A DNA stretch of 64,000 bases, taken from assembly GCA_046726215.1 (NCBI GenBank), contig JBKPAA010000039.1, positions 14,619-78,618 on the forward strand, given 5' to 3'. Shown piece after piece: positions 36,141 through 46,979 of this stretch (the first letter of the stretch is position 1; each line of letters starts with the position of its first letter). The DNA is from Actinomycetota bacterium. GTDB taxonomy: Bacteria > Actinomycetota > Acidimicrobiia > Acidimicrobiales > VFJN01. The notes below the pieces were generated by a model. It ran no database searches, had not been told where the DNA came from, and saw only the letters and a program-made list of their open reading frames with translations. The position numbers were made by a program, and so were the translations under genes.

Positions 36141-37364
36141 ATGGAAGAGACGGTCGACCAGTCCACGACGCAGGCGGAGGCCCCCGACGCCGAGGCCCCG
36201 GTGATGGCCCGCGAGCCCGTGGGCATCCGGTTGGAGAATGTGACCAAGCGCTTCCGCGGCGGCGTGGAGGCGGTCCGCGACCTGTCCCTGACGGTGGAAG
36301 CGGGCGAGTTCATCGTGCTGGTCGGGCCGTCGGGGTGCGGCAAGTCGACGGTGCTGCGCCTGATCGCCGGCCTCGAGGAGCTGACCCGCGGCCGCATCTA
36401 CCTCGGCGACAAGGACGTCAGCACGCAGCTCCCCCAGCACCGGGACGTGGCGATGGTGTTCCAGAGCTACGCGCTGTACCCGCGGATGTCGGTCCGCCGA
36501 AACATGGGCTTCGGGCTGCGCATGCGCCGGACGCCCAAGGCCAAGCGCAACCGGCGCGTCGCCGAGGTCGCCAGGACGCTCGGTCTCGAGGACCTGCTCA
36601 ACAGGCGCCCGGCAGCCCTCTCCGGCGGCCAGCGCCAACGGGTCGCCATGGGGCGGGCCATCGTGCGCGAGCCGCGTGTCTTCCTGATGGACGAGCCGCT
36701 GTCCAACCTCGACGCCAAGCTGCGGGTCAGCATGCGCGCCCAGCTGTCGCTGCTCCACCAGCGGCTCGGTGTGACGACCGTCTACGTGACCCACGACCAG
36801 GTCGAGGCGATGACGCTCGGCCAGCGGGTCGCCGTGCTGCGCGACGGCGTGCTGCAGCAGTACACGACGCCGAAAGAGCTGTTCCACAACCCCGTCAACC
36901 TGTTCGTCGCCGCCTTTATCGGCTCGCCGGCGATGAACTTCGTCCACGCGACGGTGGCGGGCGGAGCGGCGAGGTTCGCGGACGTGACGCTGCCGCTGCC
37001 CGCTGGCTCGTCCCTCGCTGTCGCCGACCGGCGCGTGGTCCTCGGTGTCCGGCCGACCGGCTTCTCGCCGGCGTCGGACAACGGCTGGCCCGGGCTGGAC
37101 GCGGTCCCCGAGGTGGTCGAGGAGCTCGGCGACGAGCGCTACGTAGTCTTCGACATCGACGCCCCGCGGGTCGACACCGACGCAACGAGGGCGGCCGTCG
37201 ACGCCCGAGCCGACGACGCCCTACTGCTGCCCGAGGATCGGGCCCGGTTCACTGTCCGGCTGCCCACGGAGGTCCACGTGGCGGTCGGCAAGCCCCTGTC
37301 GCTGACCATCAACCCGGAGCGCGTCCACTTCTTCGACCCTGACACCGGCGAGGCACTGGCCTGA
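36141..37364 (+). CDS. Sugar ABC transporter ATP-binding protein (MalK/UgpC/MsiK-like)
   Basis: Walker A GPSGCGKST, signature LSGGQRQRVAMGRAI, Walker B FLMDEPLSNLD, and a C-terminal TOBE-like domain. ATG 36204 is an alternative start. Confidence 0.9.
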   Translation: MEETVDQSTTQAEAPDAEAPVMAREPVGIRLENVTKRFRGGVEAVRDLSLTVEAGEFIVLVGPSGCGKSTVLRLIAGLEELTRGRIYLGDKDVSTQLPQHRDVAMVFQSYALYPRMSVRRNMGFGLRMRRTPKAKRNRRVAEVARTLGLEDLLNRRPAALSGGQRQRVAMGRAIVREPRVFLMDEPLSNLDAKLRVSMRAQLSLLHQRLGVTTVYVTHDQVEAMTLGQRVAVLRDGVLQQYTTPKELFHNPVNLFVAAFIGSPAMNFVHATVAGGAARFADVTLPLPAGSSLAVADRRVVLGVRPTGFSPASDNGWPGLDAVPEVVEELGDERYVVFDIDAPRVDTDATRAAVDARADDALLLPEDRARFTVRLPTEVHVAVGKPLSLTINPERVHFFDPDTGEALA

Positions 37365-37530
37365 GGGCGATTCACATTGGGCGCTGTGGCGGGCCGGGGG
37401 CGTGCTCACCGACGAGATCTCGACCACCGCGCTCACTGTCGGCCTGCGGACGGCGGCCGGCTCTTGGCTCGACGATCGCACCGACGCTGGCTGCCTACTC
37501 ACGCTTGCGGCCGAGACCTGTGGTGGGCCG

Positions 37531-37725
37531 AGGTGCAAGAACAGGTGCAATACACCAGCGGAATCCATGGACGTGGCGTCACCTGATGGAGGCTTCCGCC
37601 GACGACAACCAGCTCAGCGGACTGGAGCCGATGCCCTGGACGATCGGCCGCAGTCTGCTAGGCGGTAGGCCGCAGGTTCGAGTCCTGCCGGGGGCACCAC
37701 AAAAGTGCTGGTAGATGTGGGTTTC
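37531..37725 (+). repeat. att-like module A (left arm + diverged tRNA-Arg 3' half)
   Basis: Left arm with aggtgcaagaacaggtgcaat and gacgacaaccagctcagcgga..cctggacgatcgg. tRNA-like segment 37655-37699 (ctgctaggcggtaggccgcaggttcgagtcctgccgggggcacca), followed by the aaagtgctggtagatg flank. Confidence 0.75.
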
Positions 37726-38462
37726 CGAGCGCCGATGGCCTTGCGGAGTCGCGAGGGCTGGACCACTAGACTGCCGCTAGACAGCTCGCCGACGGCTCGA
37801 TGGTGTCGCAGACTGGCGGTCGCAGGACCGAGCGGATCGTCGCGTGGGGCGCTAACAGCGCGCTGTCCGCGCTAGCGGGCGACACCGTCCGGTGGTTGAG
37901 ATCGCTGATCCAAGCCGCCAGCCCGGGTCGCACACGTGAGCTGCCGCTTCGTGCGCCTGTGGATCGCTCGACGGAGGAGATGGTGAGCCGCTGCGCGGAG
38001 TAGCCCATCAAACACAGATGCGTTCGGTGCGCACCCTCGACAGCCGGGGGCCGGCCGTTTTGTCGCGGCGTTCTGTGTTCGGAAAACAGGCCCGAGATGG
38101 CTCGTCCTCGAGCAGCTGGGCAGGGCTTCGGCATCCGGCTTGTTTGCGTCATCGACCAAGCCCGGAGACCAGCCGGTGATATCAGCCGCTGCAGTCGCAG
38201 TCGCACGGAGGCCTTCCGTACTTCGATAAGAGGTTTGCGTAGATTGTGCTGCTGGAAATGGTCAGCGCGGTTTCGGGGCCCGGATTTCGGCATTGACGGG
38301 AAAGAATGGGCGTCACTACGCTCGGCGGCGTCGCCTTCGCGGGGATGTCTTCATGCGCATCTCATCACGCGACATTCCGGAGTCGGTCAGCAATGCCTTG
38401 GCCAGACCACGCGCGGTGACGCCAACTGCCGTGATTCACCGGTCTTCCAAGGAGGTCGAGTC

Positions 38463-40922
38463 ATGTCCGATTGGCATCTCAGAGAGCGTGAGCGCGGGCG
38501 AAGGAAGGTAGTAGTCGCCGTTGCTGTCGTGATCTCGATGGTGGGAGGGCTGTCTGCCTTCGCGAGCCAGGGTGGCGCCGACACGGGTCAGGCGCCGTGG
38601 CTTGATTCGCACAAGCCTATTTCGGCCCGGGTCAATGCACTGCTCGGGGCGATGACGCTGGAAGAAAAGGTTGGCCAAATGGACCAACAGTTGGTCACCA
38701 CGCTGACCGATCCCGATGGTTCGAGGTGTGGCGACAACGGGTTCAATATGCCCAACCCAACGTGTATGGAGAAGATCCTGATTGACCAGAACACTGGGTC
38801 GGTCCTGGCGGGCGGCACCAACAATCCGATCGATACGACCGGCGGCGGTGGCGTTGGTAATACCGGTTTCGACTGGGCCAATGAATACAACATGATCCAG
38901 AAGTACGCCATTGAGAATTCACGGCTTCATGTGCCACTGCTTTTCGGTGTTGACGCGGTACACGGCTTCGGACATCCGTGGCAGGCCCCCCTGTATCCGC
39001 ACTCGATCGGTATGGGCGCTACCTGGGATCCGTCAGCCGCTGAAGCCGGCGGCGCGGCGACCGCGGATGCGCTGCGGGCGACCGGCTGGGTGTGGAACTT
39101 CGCGCCCGTCCAGGACCTCTCTCGCGACAATCGGTGGGGCAGGACGTACGAGACGTGGGCGGAGGAGCCGGCGCTGTCGGCGGCCATGGGTGCCGCCAAT
39201 GTGCGCGGACTGCAGGCAGCCGGCCCGGCGAATTCCCTCGATGTGGCGGCGACCGTCAAGCATTTCGCCGGATACTCGCAGTCGATCAATGGTCACGACC
39301 GCAATGAGGCGTTGTTGCCGCTGAATTACCTGCAGAGCATGATCCTTCCGTCGTATGCTGGCGGGATCGACGCCGGGGCGGGAACCGTCATGGTCAACTC
39401 CGGGTCGATCAATCGTGTTCCAGCAACCGCATCGCACTACCTACTGACCGACGTGTTGCGCAATCAAATGGGATTCCGCGGTGTCGTGATCAGCGACTAC
39501 CAGGACGTCCCGGCGCTGCAAACCGCGTACCACATAGCACCGGATCTGGACGGGGCTATCGCCAAGGCCGTCAATGCAGGCGTCGATATGAGCATGCAGG
39601 TATTCGGCGCCGATCAGTGGCAGGCCGCCATACTTCGGGATGTCGCGTCCGGGGCTATCTCGAAGGCGCGCATCAACGAGGCGGTGCGCCGGATCCTCAC
39701 CCTCAAGTTCGAGCTCGGTCTGTTCGAGCAGCCGTGCGTCCGCAACCCCGACATCCCGTGTGTCAACGCCGCAGCAGCGAACGCGGCGGTTACCGCCGGA
39801 CGCGATTCCACGCTCGACGCCGCTCGCGAGTCCATCACCTTGCTCCGGAACCAGGACCAGGCGCTGCCACTCTCTCCGACCGACAAGATCGTGGTCACGG
39901 GCCCGAGCGCGGACTCGATGACCAACCAGCTCGGCGGTTGGAGCGTCAGCTGGCAAGGCGTATTCGGTGCGGGCCACGTCTGCTGCATGGGGCCGGCCAA
40001 TCAGATCCCGCCGGGCACCACGGTCCTGAAGGGGATTCAGGCTGCGGACCCGAATGCCGTGTACGCGCCCGATCAGGCGAGCGCCGTGGCGCAAGCGCCC
40101 TCGGCAAGTGCCATCGTCGCGGTGGTCGGGGAGAAGGCCTACGCCGAAGGACTCGGAGACGACCCGGCACCCCAGCTGCCACCCGATCAGAAGGCTCTGA
40201 TCACCGCCCTCGAGGCGACCGGCAAACCCGTGATCGTCGTCGTGATCGCTGGTCGTCCGGTTGGTCTCGGACCCGCCGAGAATGCCGACGGCGTCATCAT
40301 GGCCTACCAAGGCAGCACCGAAGCCGGCCAGGCCGTCGCCGACGTGATCTTCGGCAACGTCAATCCGAGCGGCAAGCTCCCGGTCAGCTGGCCATCCGAC
40401 GCGGCCACGGTTGGCGGGGACTTCGACGGCACAGCGCCCTCTCCACTAGGTGACCAGCCGAAGTTCTTCGACCAGCTGCCCGGCACCGGTTTTGGGCAGG
40501 GCCATGCCTACAACCCGCTCTACCCGTTCGGGTTCGGCCTGTCCTACACCACCTTCGCCACGAGCGATCTGACGGTCACGCCCGACGTGCCCACGGACGG
40601 CACGGCGACTGCGACATTCACCGTGAGCAACACCGGAACTCGTTCCGGAACCGACGTCGTTCCGGTCTACGTAAGCCAGCCGGTCAGCAGCGTGGTCGTA
40701 CCGCCCCAGCGGCTCGTCGGCTTTACCCGCGTGACGTTAGATGCTGGGCAGTCGAAGGCGGTTACCGTTCCCTTCCCGGTCTCCGCGCTCGCTGAGACTC
40801 AGGGCGACATCAACGCGGACGGACCACCGACCGTGGAACCCGGCTCCTACGTCGTCCAGTTGAACAAGAACAACACGACGCCGTACGACGTGGCGGCGTC
40901 GGCGCCGTTCACCATCCACTGA
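38463..40922 (+). CDS. Glycoside hydrolase family 3 beta-glucosidase, secreted
   Basis: ATG after AAGGAGG. Signal-anchor then LTLEEKVGQM, GVDAVHG, NFAPVQDLSRDNRWGRTYE and GFRGVVISDY motifs. Codon usage is visibly less GC-biased than the core genes. Confidence 0.9.
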   Translation: MSDWHLRERERGRRKVVVAVAVVISMVGGLSAFASQGGADTGQAPWLDSHKPISARVNALLGAMTLEEKVGQMDQQLVTTLTDPDGSRCGDNGFNMPNPTCMEKILIDQNTGSVLAGGTNNPIDTTGGGGVGNTGFDWANEYNMIQKYAIENSRLHVPLLFGVDAVHGFGHPWQAPLYPHSIGMGATWDPSAAEAGGAATADALRATGWVWNFAPVQDLSRDNRWGRTYETWAEEPALSAAMGAANVRGLQAAGPANSLDVAATVKHFAGYSQSINGHDRNEALLPLNYLQSMILPSYAGGIDAGAGTVMVNSGSINRVPATASHYLLTDVLRNQMGFRGVVISDYQDVPALQTAYHIAPDLDGAIAKAVNAGVDMSMQVFGADQWQAAILRDVASGAISKARINEAVRRILTLKFELGLFEQPCVRNPDIPCVNAAAANAAVTAGRDSTLDAARESITLLRNQDQALPLSPTDKIVVTGPSADSMTNQLGGWSVSWQGVFGAGHVCCMGPANQIPPGTTVLKGIQAADPNAVYAPDQASAVAQAPSASAIVAVVGEKAYAEGLGDDPAPQLPPDQKALITALEATGKPVIVVVIAGRPVGLGPAENADGVIMAYQGSTEAGQAVADVIFGNVNPSGKLPVSWPSDAATVGGDFDGTAPSPLGDQPKFFDQLPGTGFGQGHAYNPLYPFGFGLSYTTFATSDLTVTPDVPTDGTATATFTVSNTGTRSGTDVVPVYVSQPVSSVVVPPQRLVGFTRVTLDAGQSKAVTVPFPVSALAETQGDINADGPPTVEPGSYVVQLNKNNTTPYDVAASAPFTIH

Positions 40923-40929
40923 CCCACCA

Positions 40930-40973
40930 GGGTGGGAGTCGCCGCGTCAACCCTTGCGCGGCGACTCCCACCC
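40930..40973 (+). terminator. Strong hairpin after the GH3 gene
   Basis: Perfect 17-bp stem gggtgggagtcgccgcg / cgcggcgactcccaccc with a 10-nt loop, beginning 8 nt after the stop codon. Confidence 0.7.
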
Positions 40974-40979
40974 ACTTGG

Positions 40980-41165
40980 CTACTCGATGCGGCGGCGACC
41001 GGATGTCGGCACCGCCCCGATGCTCGAACTCGGCGCTGGCACCCCTAGCGCGCGGTCCAAGCCACCGTCCACCGTGATCGTGGTACCCGTGATCAGGGAT
41101 GCCGCGGCGAAGGCGAGGAACACGACCGCGCCGGTAAAGGGCGCTTCGGATCCCAGCGGGGTCTG
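40980..41165 (-). pseudogene. Short-chain dehydrogenase (SDR) C-terminal remnant
   Basis: Minus-strand translation gives ..PLGSEAPFTGAVVFLAFAAASLITGTTITVDGGL.., the classical SDR C-terminus. No upstream Rossmann region. Not listed in the ORF track because it has no start codon. Confidence 0.4.
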
Positions 41166-41311
41166 AGTGGACGGCAGGGCGCACCGGACACCGCACAGTG
41201 GCTCTGAGAATCGGAGGGTTCTGATCTGACCCTTTCGCCCCGGGCCTGTGATCGGGCACAGGTCACGGTGGCGGCCGGCCGGCCACGGTCGTTGCGAGGA
41301 CAGGAGGACAG

Positions 41312-41710
41312 ATGGGCATCGTTAAGCGCGCGCTTGTGGTGACGACCGGTGCGGTAGGTGGGCTCGTCCTGATGGCGGGACCAGCGTTGGCAGACAATTG
41401 CACCAACGCCAGCAAGAAGTACGCGGACTCGGGGGCGCAGATCGTGTTCGGCGCCAACGACGAGGTGCTGTTCATCAGCCGGGGGCTCGAGAACCGGATC
41501 GCCCAGGGCATCGTCGACTTCGAGTCCGGTGAGGGGTTCCACGGGCTCATCGCGTTCGACGTGGACGGCGACGGCGTGGCCGACTTCAGCACATGGATCG
41601 GCGTAGGCCCCGACGGCCACGAGATACCGATCGAGGCACAGTTCCGGGGCCCGGCATGCCGCGGCATCACCAACCTCGGCATCTACTTCGAGCAGTGCGT
41701 GGGCGCTTGA
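41312..41710 (+). CDS. Secreted hypothetical protein (132 aa)
   Basis: AGGAGGA SD; signal peptide ending in ALA-DN; Cys residues near both ends. Confidence 0.75.
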   Translation: MGIVKRALVVTTGAVGGLVLMAGPALADNCTNASKKYADSGAQIVFGANDEVLFISRGLENRIAQGIVDFESGEGFHGLIAFDVDGDGVADFSTWIGVGPDGHEIPIEAQFRGPACRGITNLGIYFEQCVGA

Positions 41711-41942
41711 CCGGGTGACCGGGAGCGGGGGCCAGCGGGGACTACCGCGTTGGCCTCCCGATCGGCCCCTGTGCGCATCAGCGAACTCCTAACGCCTCGC
41801 TCATTTCCGAAGCTCCGCATCACCACCGATCGTTCGGGCAACCGCGCCCAGATCTGCCCTTCCGCGGCGTCCCACCAAACGGGTCTCGCCGTGATTCAGG
41901 CGCCCGACTGTGTGTCGCCCAGCCCAAGTACGGTCGTGGCTG

Positions 41943-42443
41943 ATGGCGAAGGAGAAGGGACCCACGGCCGAGGACCGGGCCACGGCGATCGGGGTGGCGC
42001 TGGCGGGTATCGCCGGCGGTGTGGAGCTCGGCGAGATCGCCGCACGCCTCGCGCCGCTGCACCCCAAGAACAACACGTTCCCCGGTGAGGTCCTGCTGGG
42101 GCTGGCGGCCGACGCCATCGAGGAAGGCGGTGCGAGCCGGGAGCAGCCCCTCGAGTTCGAATGCATTCGCAGGCGCCACCTTCCCGAAGACCGGGCCCAC
42201 ACGAGGGCCCAGCACCACAAGGCCGAGTACGCGCTGCGGGCGGCGGCGATGGTCCGGGCCGGGGTCGATCCCGGGGTGCTCGACGAGGTGAGCTGGTGAC
42301 GCACGGATGACCTGTGGTTCTGGGCGCTCCAAGCGCTCGTGACCTACGTACGGGCGGCAGGCGAACACAGTGCCGAGCCCGTTGCCGCTATCTGCGGACG
42401 GGTCGCGAGCCGCCACGGCATCCAGCTCGCGGCGGCGACCTGA
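41943..42443 (+). pseudogene. Hypothetical protein interrupted by an in-frame TGA at 42297-42299
   Basis: The frame continues after ..LDEVSW* as RTDDLWFWALQALVTYVRAAGEHSAEPVAAICGRVASRHGIQLAAAT, with the same codon bias, to the TGA at 42441-42443. Confidence 0.5.
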
Positions 42444-42665
42444 CCCGGCGCGCCAGAACGCGCGGCTGGAACGCGCACAGAACATCGGACTCCACGCGGA
42501 GACCCGCACACGGAACCGGCGTTCTGGGCGCGGTGAGCGCCACCCGGGGCGACGTCGTTATGTCGCAGCGAACGGGGCAACAAGTGGCGAACCGGCCTGC
42601 GGGTAACAGCTGCCGCCGTAGGTCGGCTCGCCAACGCCGACGGTGAGTCGGGAGCCCGATGCTCC

Positions 42666-43307
42666 TCAGGTGTCGGGGAGGCCGAAGCCCTCCTCCATTT
42701 GGAACTCGCCGTAGGTCGGCGTTCCGGCGGGCTGGTAGGTGGCCAGCACTGTGCCCTTGCCCGTGGGCCGGCTGTCGACCAGCCGCAGCGCGGTTGGTGC
42801 GGCGCCGGGTTCGAACAGCCGCTTGCCGGTGCCGAGCACTACGGGTTCGATGAACAGCCGGTACTCGTCGATGAGCCGGTGGGTGTGCAGGGTCTGGGCC
42901 AGCCCGGCGCTGCCGTGGACCTGGACCTCGCCTGCGTACTGCTCCTTGAGCTTGGCCACCTCGCCCGGGATGTCGCCGCGGATGATCGTGGTGGGCCCCC
43001 AGTCGGCTTTCTGCAGTGTTGTCGAGACGACGTACTTGGGCAGGGTGTTGAGCCTCGACGCCACCGGGTCGTCCTTGTCGGGGAAGTTGGGCCAGCTGGC
43101 GGCGAAGATCTCGTAGGTTCGCCGCCCGAGGAGGATGGCCTCGGCCTTGGCGAACGCATCGTTGATCACATCGCCCATGTCCTCGCTGAAGTAGGGAAAG
43201 CTCCAGCCGCCGTGTTCGAACCCGCCGTCGCGGTCCTCGTCGGGGCCGCCGGGTGCCTGCATGACCCCGTCGAGGGTCATGAAGGTTGCGATGGTGAGGG
43301 TGCCCAT
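42666..43307 (-). CDS. Dihydrofolate-reductase-like (RibD C-terminal domain) family protein
   Basis: MTLDGVMQAPGGP..., LLGRRTYEIFAASWP and PKYVVSTTL are typical of this family. Confidence 0.88.
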   Translation of the reverse strand: MGTLTIATFMTLDGVMQAPGGPDEDRDGGFEHGGWSFPYFSEDMGDVINDAFAKAEAILLGRRTYEIFAASWPNFPDKDDPVASRLNTLPKYVVSTTLQKADWGPTTIIRGDIPGEVAKLKEQYAGEVQVHGSAGLAQTLHTHRLIDEYRLFIEPVVLGTGKRLFEPGAAPTALRLVDSRPTGKGTVLATYQPAGTPTYGEFQMEEGFGLPDT

Positions 43308-43861
43308 GTGCTTGCTCCTGACCTGAGCCGTCGGTGGTGGTCACCGGGTAGGACTGCCGCGGCTGACGCAACTCATCGGCAAGGGGACCGGGACGCTAGC
43401 TGCACCGGAAGGACCACCGGGGCGAGAGACTGGCATCGGAGATCGGGAAGGATCGGGATGGGCGGCCGGTGGGAGGGTCGGACCCTCCGCCTGCTCGGCC
43501 CGACGGAGGGTCGTCACTCGCGGATGATGCGCGGTCGGAGGGCTTTGACGCTGCGATCTGGCATGGCGGACCCGGTCCGGGATCTATCGCGATCCTCGAT
43601 GTTCTGATTGAGTATGTGAGTAGGTCTGCATCGTCGTTGGTGCCGCTGTTCCGGTCCGAGCAGCAGCTGCGACGGCTGACGGTGTTGTGAGCTCCACGGC
43701 TGCGGCCTCACCGTCGATGACCGCCGAAGCCAGGATCTGGACCTTACGCAGGACCCAAACTCCGGCGACACCGGCGGACGGGAGCGCACGGAGCGGACGG
43801 GGCGGCGGAACCAGTGCAGGTCAGCGGACCCAGACGCACGCCGAGGATTGCCGCACGGCGC

Positions 43862-44000
43862 CTCCTAAGCGGTAGGCCGCAGGTTCGAGTCCTGCCGGGG
43901 GCACGGCAAAGGTGCTGGTGGATGGTTTCCCGAGCCTGGCCACCCGAGGTGTACCGGTGTGCTTGCGAGCGGCATCCAGGTGCAGTACACCTCTTGGTAC
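43862..44000 (+). repeat. att-like module B (tRNA-Arg 3' half + right arm)
   Basis: 43862-43904 is ctcctaagcggtaggccgcaggttcgagtcctgccgggggcac. It is followed by the flank aaaggtgctggtggatgg and right-arm repeats caggtgcagtacac and ggtacaccc/ggtatacc. No conserved left arm. Confidence 0.75.
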
Positions 44001-44164
44001 ACCCGCCGGTATACCTTCGTCTCTGGTCCAGGCGGGTGGCTCGCTCCGGGGCGTTGGTCGTCGACATCGTTCCGGAACCTCACGGTTGTTCGTGGGCCTA
44101 GTGCGCCGACGGACACGAGACGAGGGACGCGGATGGCCACCCTCAGGGATCGGTCGAGGCCAAG

Positions 44165-45205
44165 GTGGATCGCTCGGGCGAGCACCACCTGTGGACGGGC
44201 TCGAAGAAGGCTGACGGCACCGGCAAGTTGAAGGTCGACGGCAAGGCTGTCACGGCGCAGCGCATCGCCTGGGAACTTGTGCACGGCCAACTGCCACCAG
44301 GAACTGACGTGCTGGCGTGTCCGGAGGACAGAGCGTGCGTGCGGATCGAGCATCTCTCTCTTTGGCGATCGCCGAGTGGGCGTCGTGGCGGGCCCAGGCG
44401 TGGCCGGTCGCGAGGGGGCGGCTCGAAGGTCGAGGTCCGGCCTGGTGTGTGGAAGCTGAGCGTCAGCGCGGGTCGCTTTGACGATGGATCGGTGCGCCGG
44501 GTGCACCGCACCGTGGGGGCGGGCACCGCGGCCGAGTCGGCGCGGTTGCTGGCCGAGTTCGTCACCGAGGTACACAACTCGCCGTTGCCGGACAAGAAGA
44601 CCGACCGCGACATCACCATTGACGAGGCGATCGAACGGTTCTTGACCGAATACCTCTTGAGGGAGAAGGGTCGTGATCTCCGCACGGTCCTGAACTACCG
44701 AGGCGTGCACGCCAAGTGGTTCTCGCACGAGATCGGCAGTCGACGTGTAGCCGATGTTGACGAGGCGGCGATCGACCGGAACTTCGGGCGGATGCGCGCG
44801 GCCGGCTTGAGCGCGTCCCGGTTGCACGACGCCCGCAATCTGTACCTGCCGTTCTTCCGCTGGGCGAAGCGCCGCGGGATCATCCGCCGCAGTCCCATGG
44901 CCGACTTCGAGCTGCCGACCAGCAGCCATGTCGCCACCGAGCACACGCCGGCCGAGGTCGATCAGCTTTGCATGTACCTGCAGGCCGCGCTCGAAGTGGT
45001 CCCGGACGCGGCGCCGGCTCTGGTGCTCGGTGCCGTCACGGGCATGCGTCGTGGTGAGCTGGTGGGCTTGCGGAGGTCACGTTTGTTTCCGAACCAGAGC
45101 AAGATCACGGTCGACACCGCGAGCGACAACCGCCGGATCAAGACCACGAAGACGCGCAAGGCCCCTCCGAGAACTACCCACCCTGGATGGGCGCCGGTCA
45201 GGTAA
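44165..45205 (+). pseudogene. int: Tyrosine integrase, 3'-truncated
   Basis: N-terminal HHLWTG...CVRIEHL DNA-binding module and a SAM-like core-binding region. The catalytic domain begins with the first Arg (GMRRGELVGL) but ends shortly after TKTRK. The HxxR and Tyr motifs are absent. Located directly beside att-like module B. Confidence 0.7.
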
Positions 45206-45446
45206 GGGCCCGCTCGACCCGCCACCGCAACCGCGCCGGGATGCACGCGGCCGGCGGGGTGGGCGCTGGTCGCCGGGTAGCCGGTTCGGTCCCGTCACAG
45301 CACAATCGCCAACCGGGAGCCGCCGAGTTCGCGGTGCACTCGAACAGTGCCAGCCCGCCTCGGCTCCGAGCCTATAGATCAGCACAGATTGCTCAATCTG
45401 CGGTCAGGTAGCCGGCCGCCCCGCAGCAGCCACCAGGGCAGCTCGC

Positions 45447-46979
45447 TCAACTGCGGTCGAGCAGCATCCGAGCGCGTGCGAGCAACTCGTCGCGAGTGAA
45501 CGGCTTGGCCAGGATCTCGGCCTTGCCATCGAGCGCCCAAGGCGGAGCGACTCGTTCCTTCGTGTAGCCGGATACGAACAGTACGCGTGTGTCCGGCCTG
45601 GTTTCGTTGAGTCGACGAGCCACGCTGGGCCCGTCCATGCCCGGCATCACGACGTCGGTCACCAGCAGGTGAATCGGCTCGCGGCAGACCGCGGCGAGCT
45701 CGAGGGCTCGCTCGCCGTCGGGCGCCTCGAGCACTTTGTAGCCCCCGCGCATGAGCAGGTTCCGCGCCCGAGCCCGTACCGCTGCATCATCCTCGATCAG
45801 CAGCACCGTCTCGCTGCCCCCCGTCACCGAGTCGACCCGCGGCTGAGGCATGTCAGGTACCACCTCGCCGACCGGAACGGGCAGGTACACGGTGAAACGG
45901 GTGCCCCGAGCCACCTCACTGTCGACAGTGACGGTGCCGCCGCTGTCGCAGACGATGTCTCTGACCGTAGCCAACCCCAGGCCGGCGCCCCGCCCAGCGT
46001 CTTTGGTCGTGAAGAAGGGCTCGAAGATCCGCCCGACATCGTGGGGACTGATGCCCACCCCATTGTCGGTCACGGTCATCGTGGTATGCGGCCCGCTCGG
46101 GAGCTCATGGGCCGCGGGATGGTCCGCCCCCAGCTCGACGATGCCCGTCGTGAACTCGAGCCGACCTCCGCGCGGCATGGCGTCCCGGGCGTTGACCGCC
46201 AGGTTTACGACGACCTGCTCGAACCGATTGCGGTCTACATGCGCGAGACATCGCGAGGAGCTGAGCCGGACGTCGAGCACAACGTCCTCGCCGATGAGCG
46301 GCTCCAGCATTGCGGCCACGCTTGTGAGGATCTCGTTGATGTCCACGATCGTCGGCTGCCGCACGTGCTGTCGGCTGAAGGACATGAGGTCGTCGACGAG
46401 TGAGCTGGCCCGACTGACGGCCGCCTCGATCTCGCGGGCGGGCCTCGCTCCGGGATGGCCGTCGAGGTTGTCGATGAGGTCTTCGCAGTGGCCGAGGACG
46501 GCGGTGAGGACGTTGTTGAAGTCGTGGGCGATCCCGCCGGCCAGCCTGCCGAGCGCGTCCATCTTTCGAGAGATCTCGAGCTCGCGCTCCAGCTCGGACC
46601 GCTCCGATCGGTGCTTCTCCTCGAGTAGCGCCTGGGCCCGCTTGAGATCCTCCAGAGCCCGGGCGCGCCACAGCGACACGATGAACACGACGAACAGGAT
46701 CGACGACAGCAGCGGTATCTCCACGAGCTCCTCGGGCTGCGTCTGTTCGTCGTGCACGGCCGTGGCGACGATGACGGTCACTACCGGAACCCAGACGACA
46801 GCCCGAAGGGCGAACGCCCAGGTCCCCAGGAACATCGCCGACACCGTGAGCACAACGAACACGATGTGGAACCAGAAGACGAGGGCGTCCGTGAGCACCG
46901 CGAGCAGGGTTGCCACCAGAAGGACGACGTCGATGGCCCATTCCCATGGCCCGAGCATGGGCCGTCCTCGCGCGCGCAT
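45447..46979 (-). CDS. Hybrid sensor histidine kinase / response regulator
   Basis: N-terminal TM segments, H-box GGIAHDFNNVLT, N/G boxes (NLAVNARDAM, DNGVGI, GAGLGLATV) and a C-terminal REC domain (VLLIEDD..LLVTDVVMPGMDG). Start is 46979 or 46958. Confidence 0.88.
   Translation of the reverse strand: MRARGRPMLGPWEWAIDVVLLVATLLAVLTDALVFWFHIVFVVLTVSAMFLGTWAFALRAVVWVPVVTVIVATAVHDEQTQPEELVEIPLLSSILFVVFIVSLWRARALEDLKRAQALLEEKHRSERSELERELEISRKMDALGRLAGGIAHDFNNVLTAVLGHCEDLIDNLDGHPGARPAREIEAAVSRASSLVDDLMSFSRQHVRQPTIVDINEILTSVAAMLEPLIGEDVVLDVRLSSSRCLAHVDRNRFEQVVVNLAVNARDAMPRGGRLEFTTGIVELGADHPAAHELPSGPHTTMTVTDNGVGISPHDVGRIFEPFFTTKDAGRGAGLGLATVRDIVCDSGGTVTVDSEVARGTRFTVYLPVPVGEVVPDMPQPRVDSVTGGSETVLLIEDDAAVRARARNLLMRGGYKVLEAPDGERALELAAVCREPIHLLVTDVVMPGMDGPSVARRLNETRPDTRVLFVSGYTKERVAPPWALDGKAEILAKPFTRDELLARARMLLDRS

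Noticed and set aside
37480-37700. Possibility that the conserved left arm plus tRNA-like 3' end (copies A, C, D) is a tmRNA-like or tRNA-derived structured ncRNA
   Set aside because: No 5' strand complementary to the acceptor 3' strand (CGGGGGC) could be found at a tRNA-compatible distance. No D arm is present, and the open frame lacks a tag-like ending. Substitutions between copies are not obviously structure-preserving. An att-site interpretation fits better, though a covariance search would be needed to exclude an RNA.
42297-42299. Selenocysteine recoding of the in-frame TGA
   Set aside because: No hairpin resembling a bacterial SECIS element immediately follows the TGA. The flanking WW-type context (..SW* RTDDLWFW) fits a TGG-to-TGA mutation.
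43469-43690. 73-aa ORF whose last 24 codons (VSRSASSLVPLFRSEQQLRRLTVL) resemble the N-terminus of a wHTH regulator often paired with nucleotidyltransferase-type toxin/abortive-infection genes
   Set aside because: Only about 24 residues look meaningful, and the frame then stops. The downstream frames give only faint continuation. It is probably another gene stub, but the evidence is too thin to list as a feature.
45382-45397. Small AT-richer palindrome CAGATTGctCAATCTG downstream of the hybrid kinase gene
   Set aside because: The arms are only 7 bp, there is a single occurrence, and nothing is associated with it. This could be chance.
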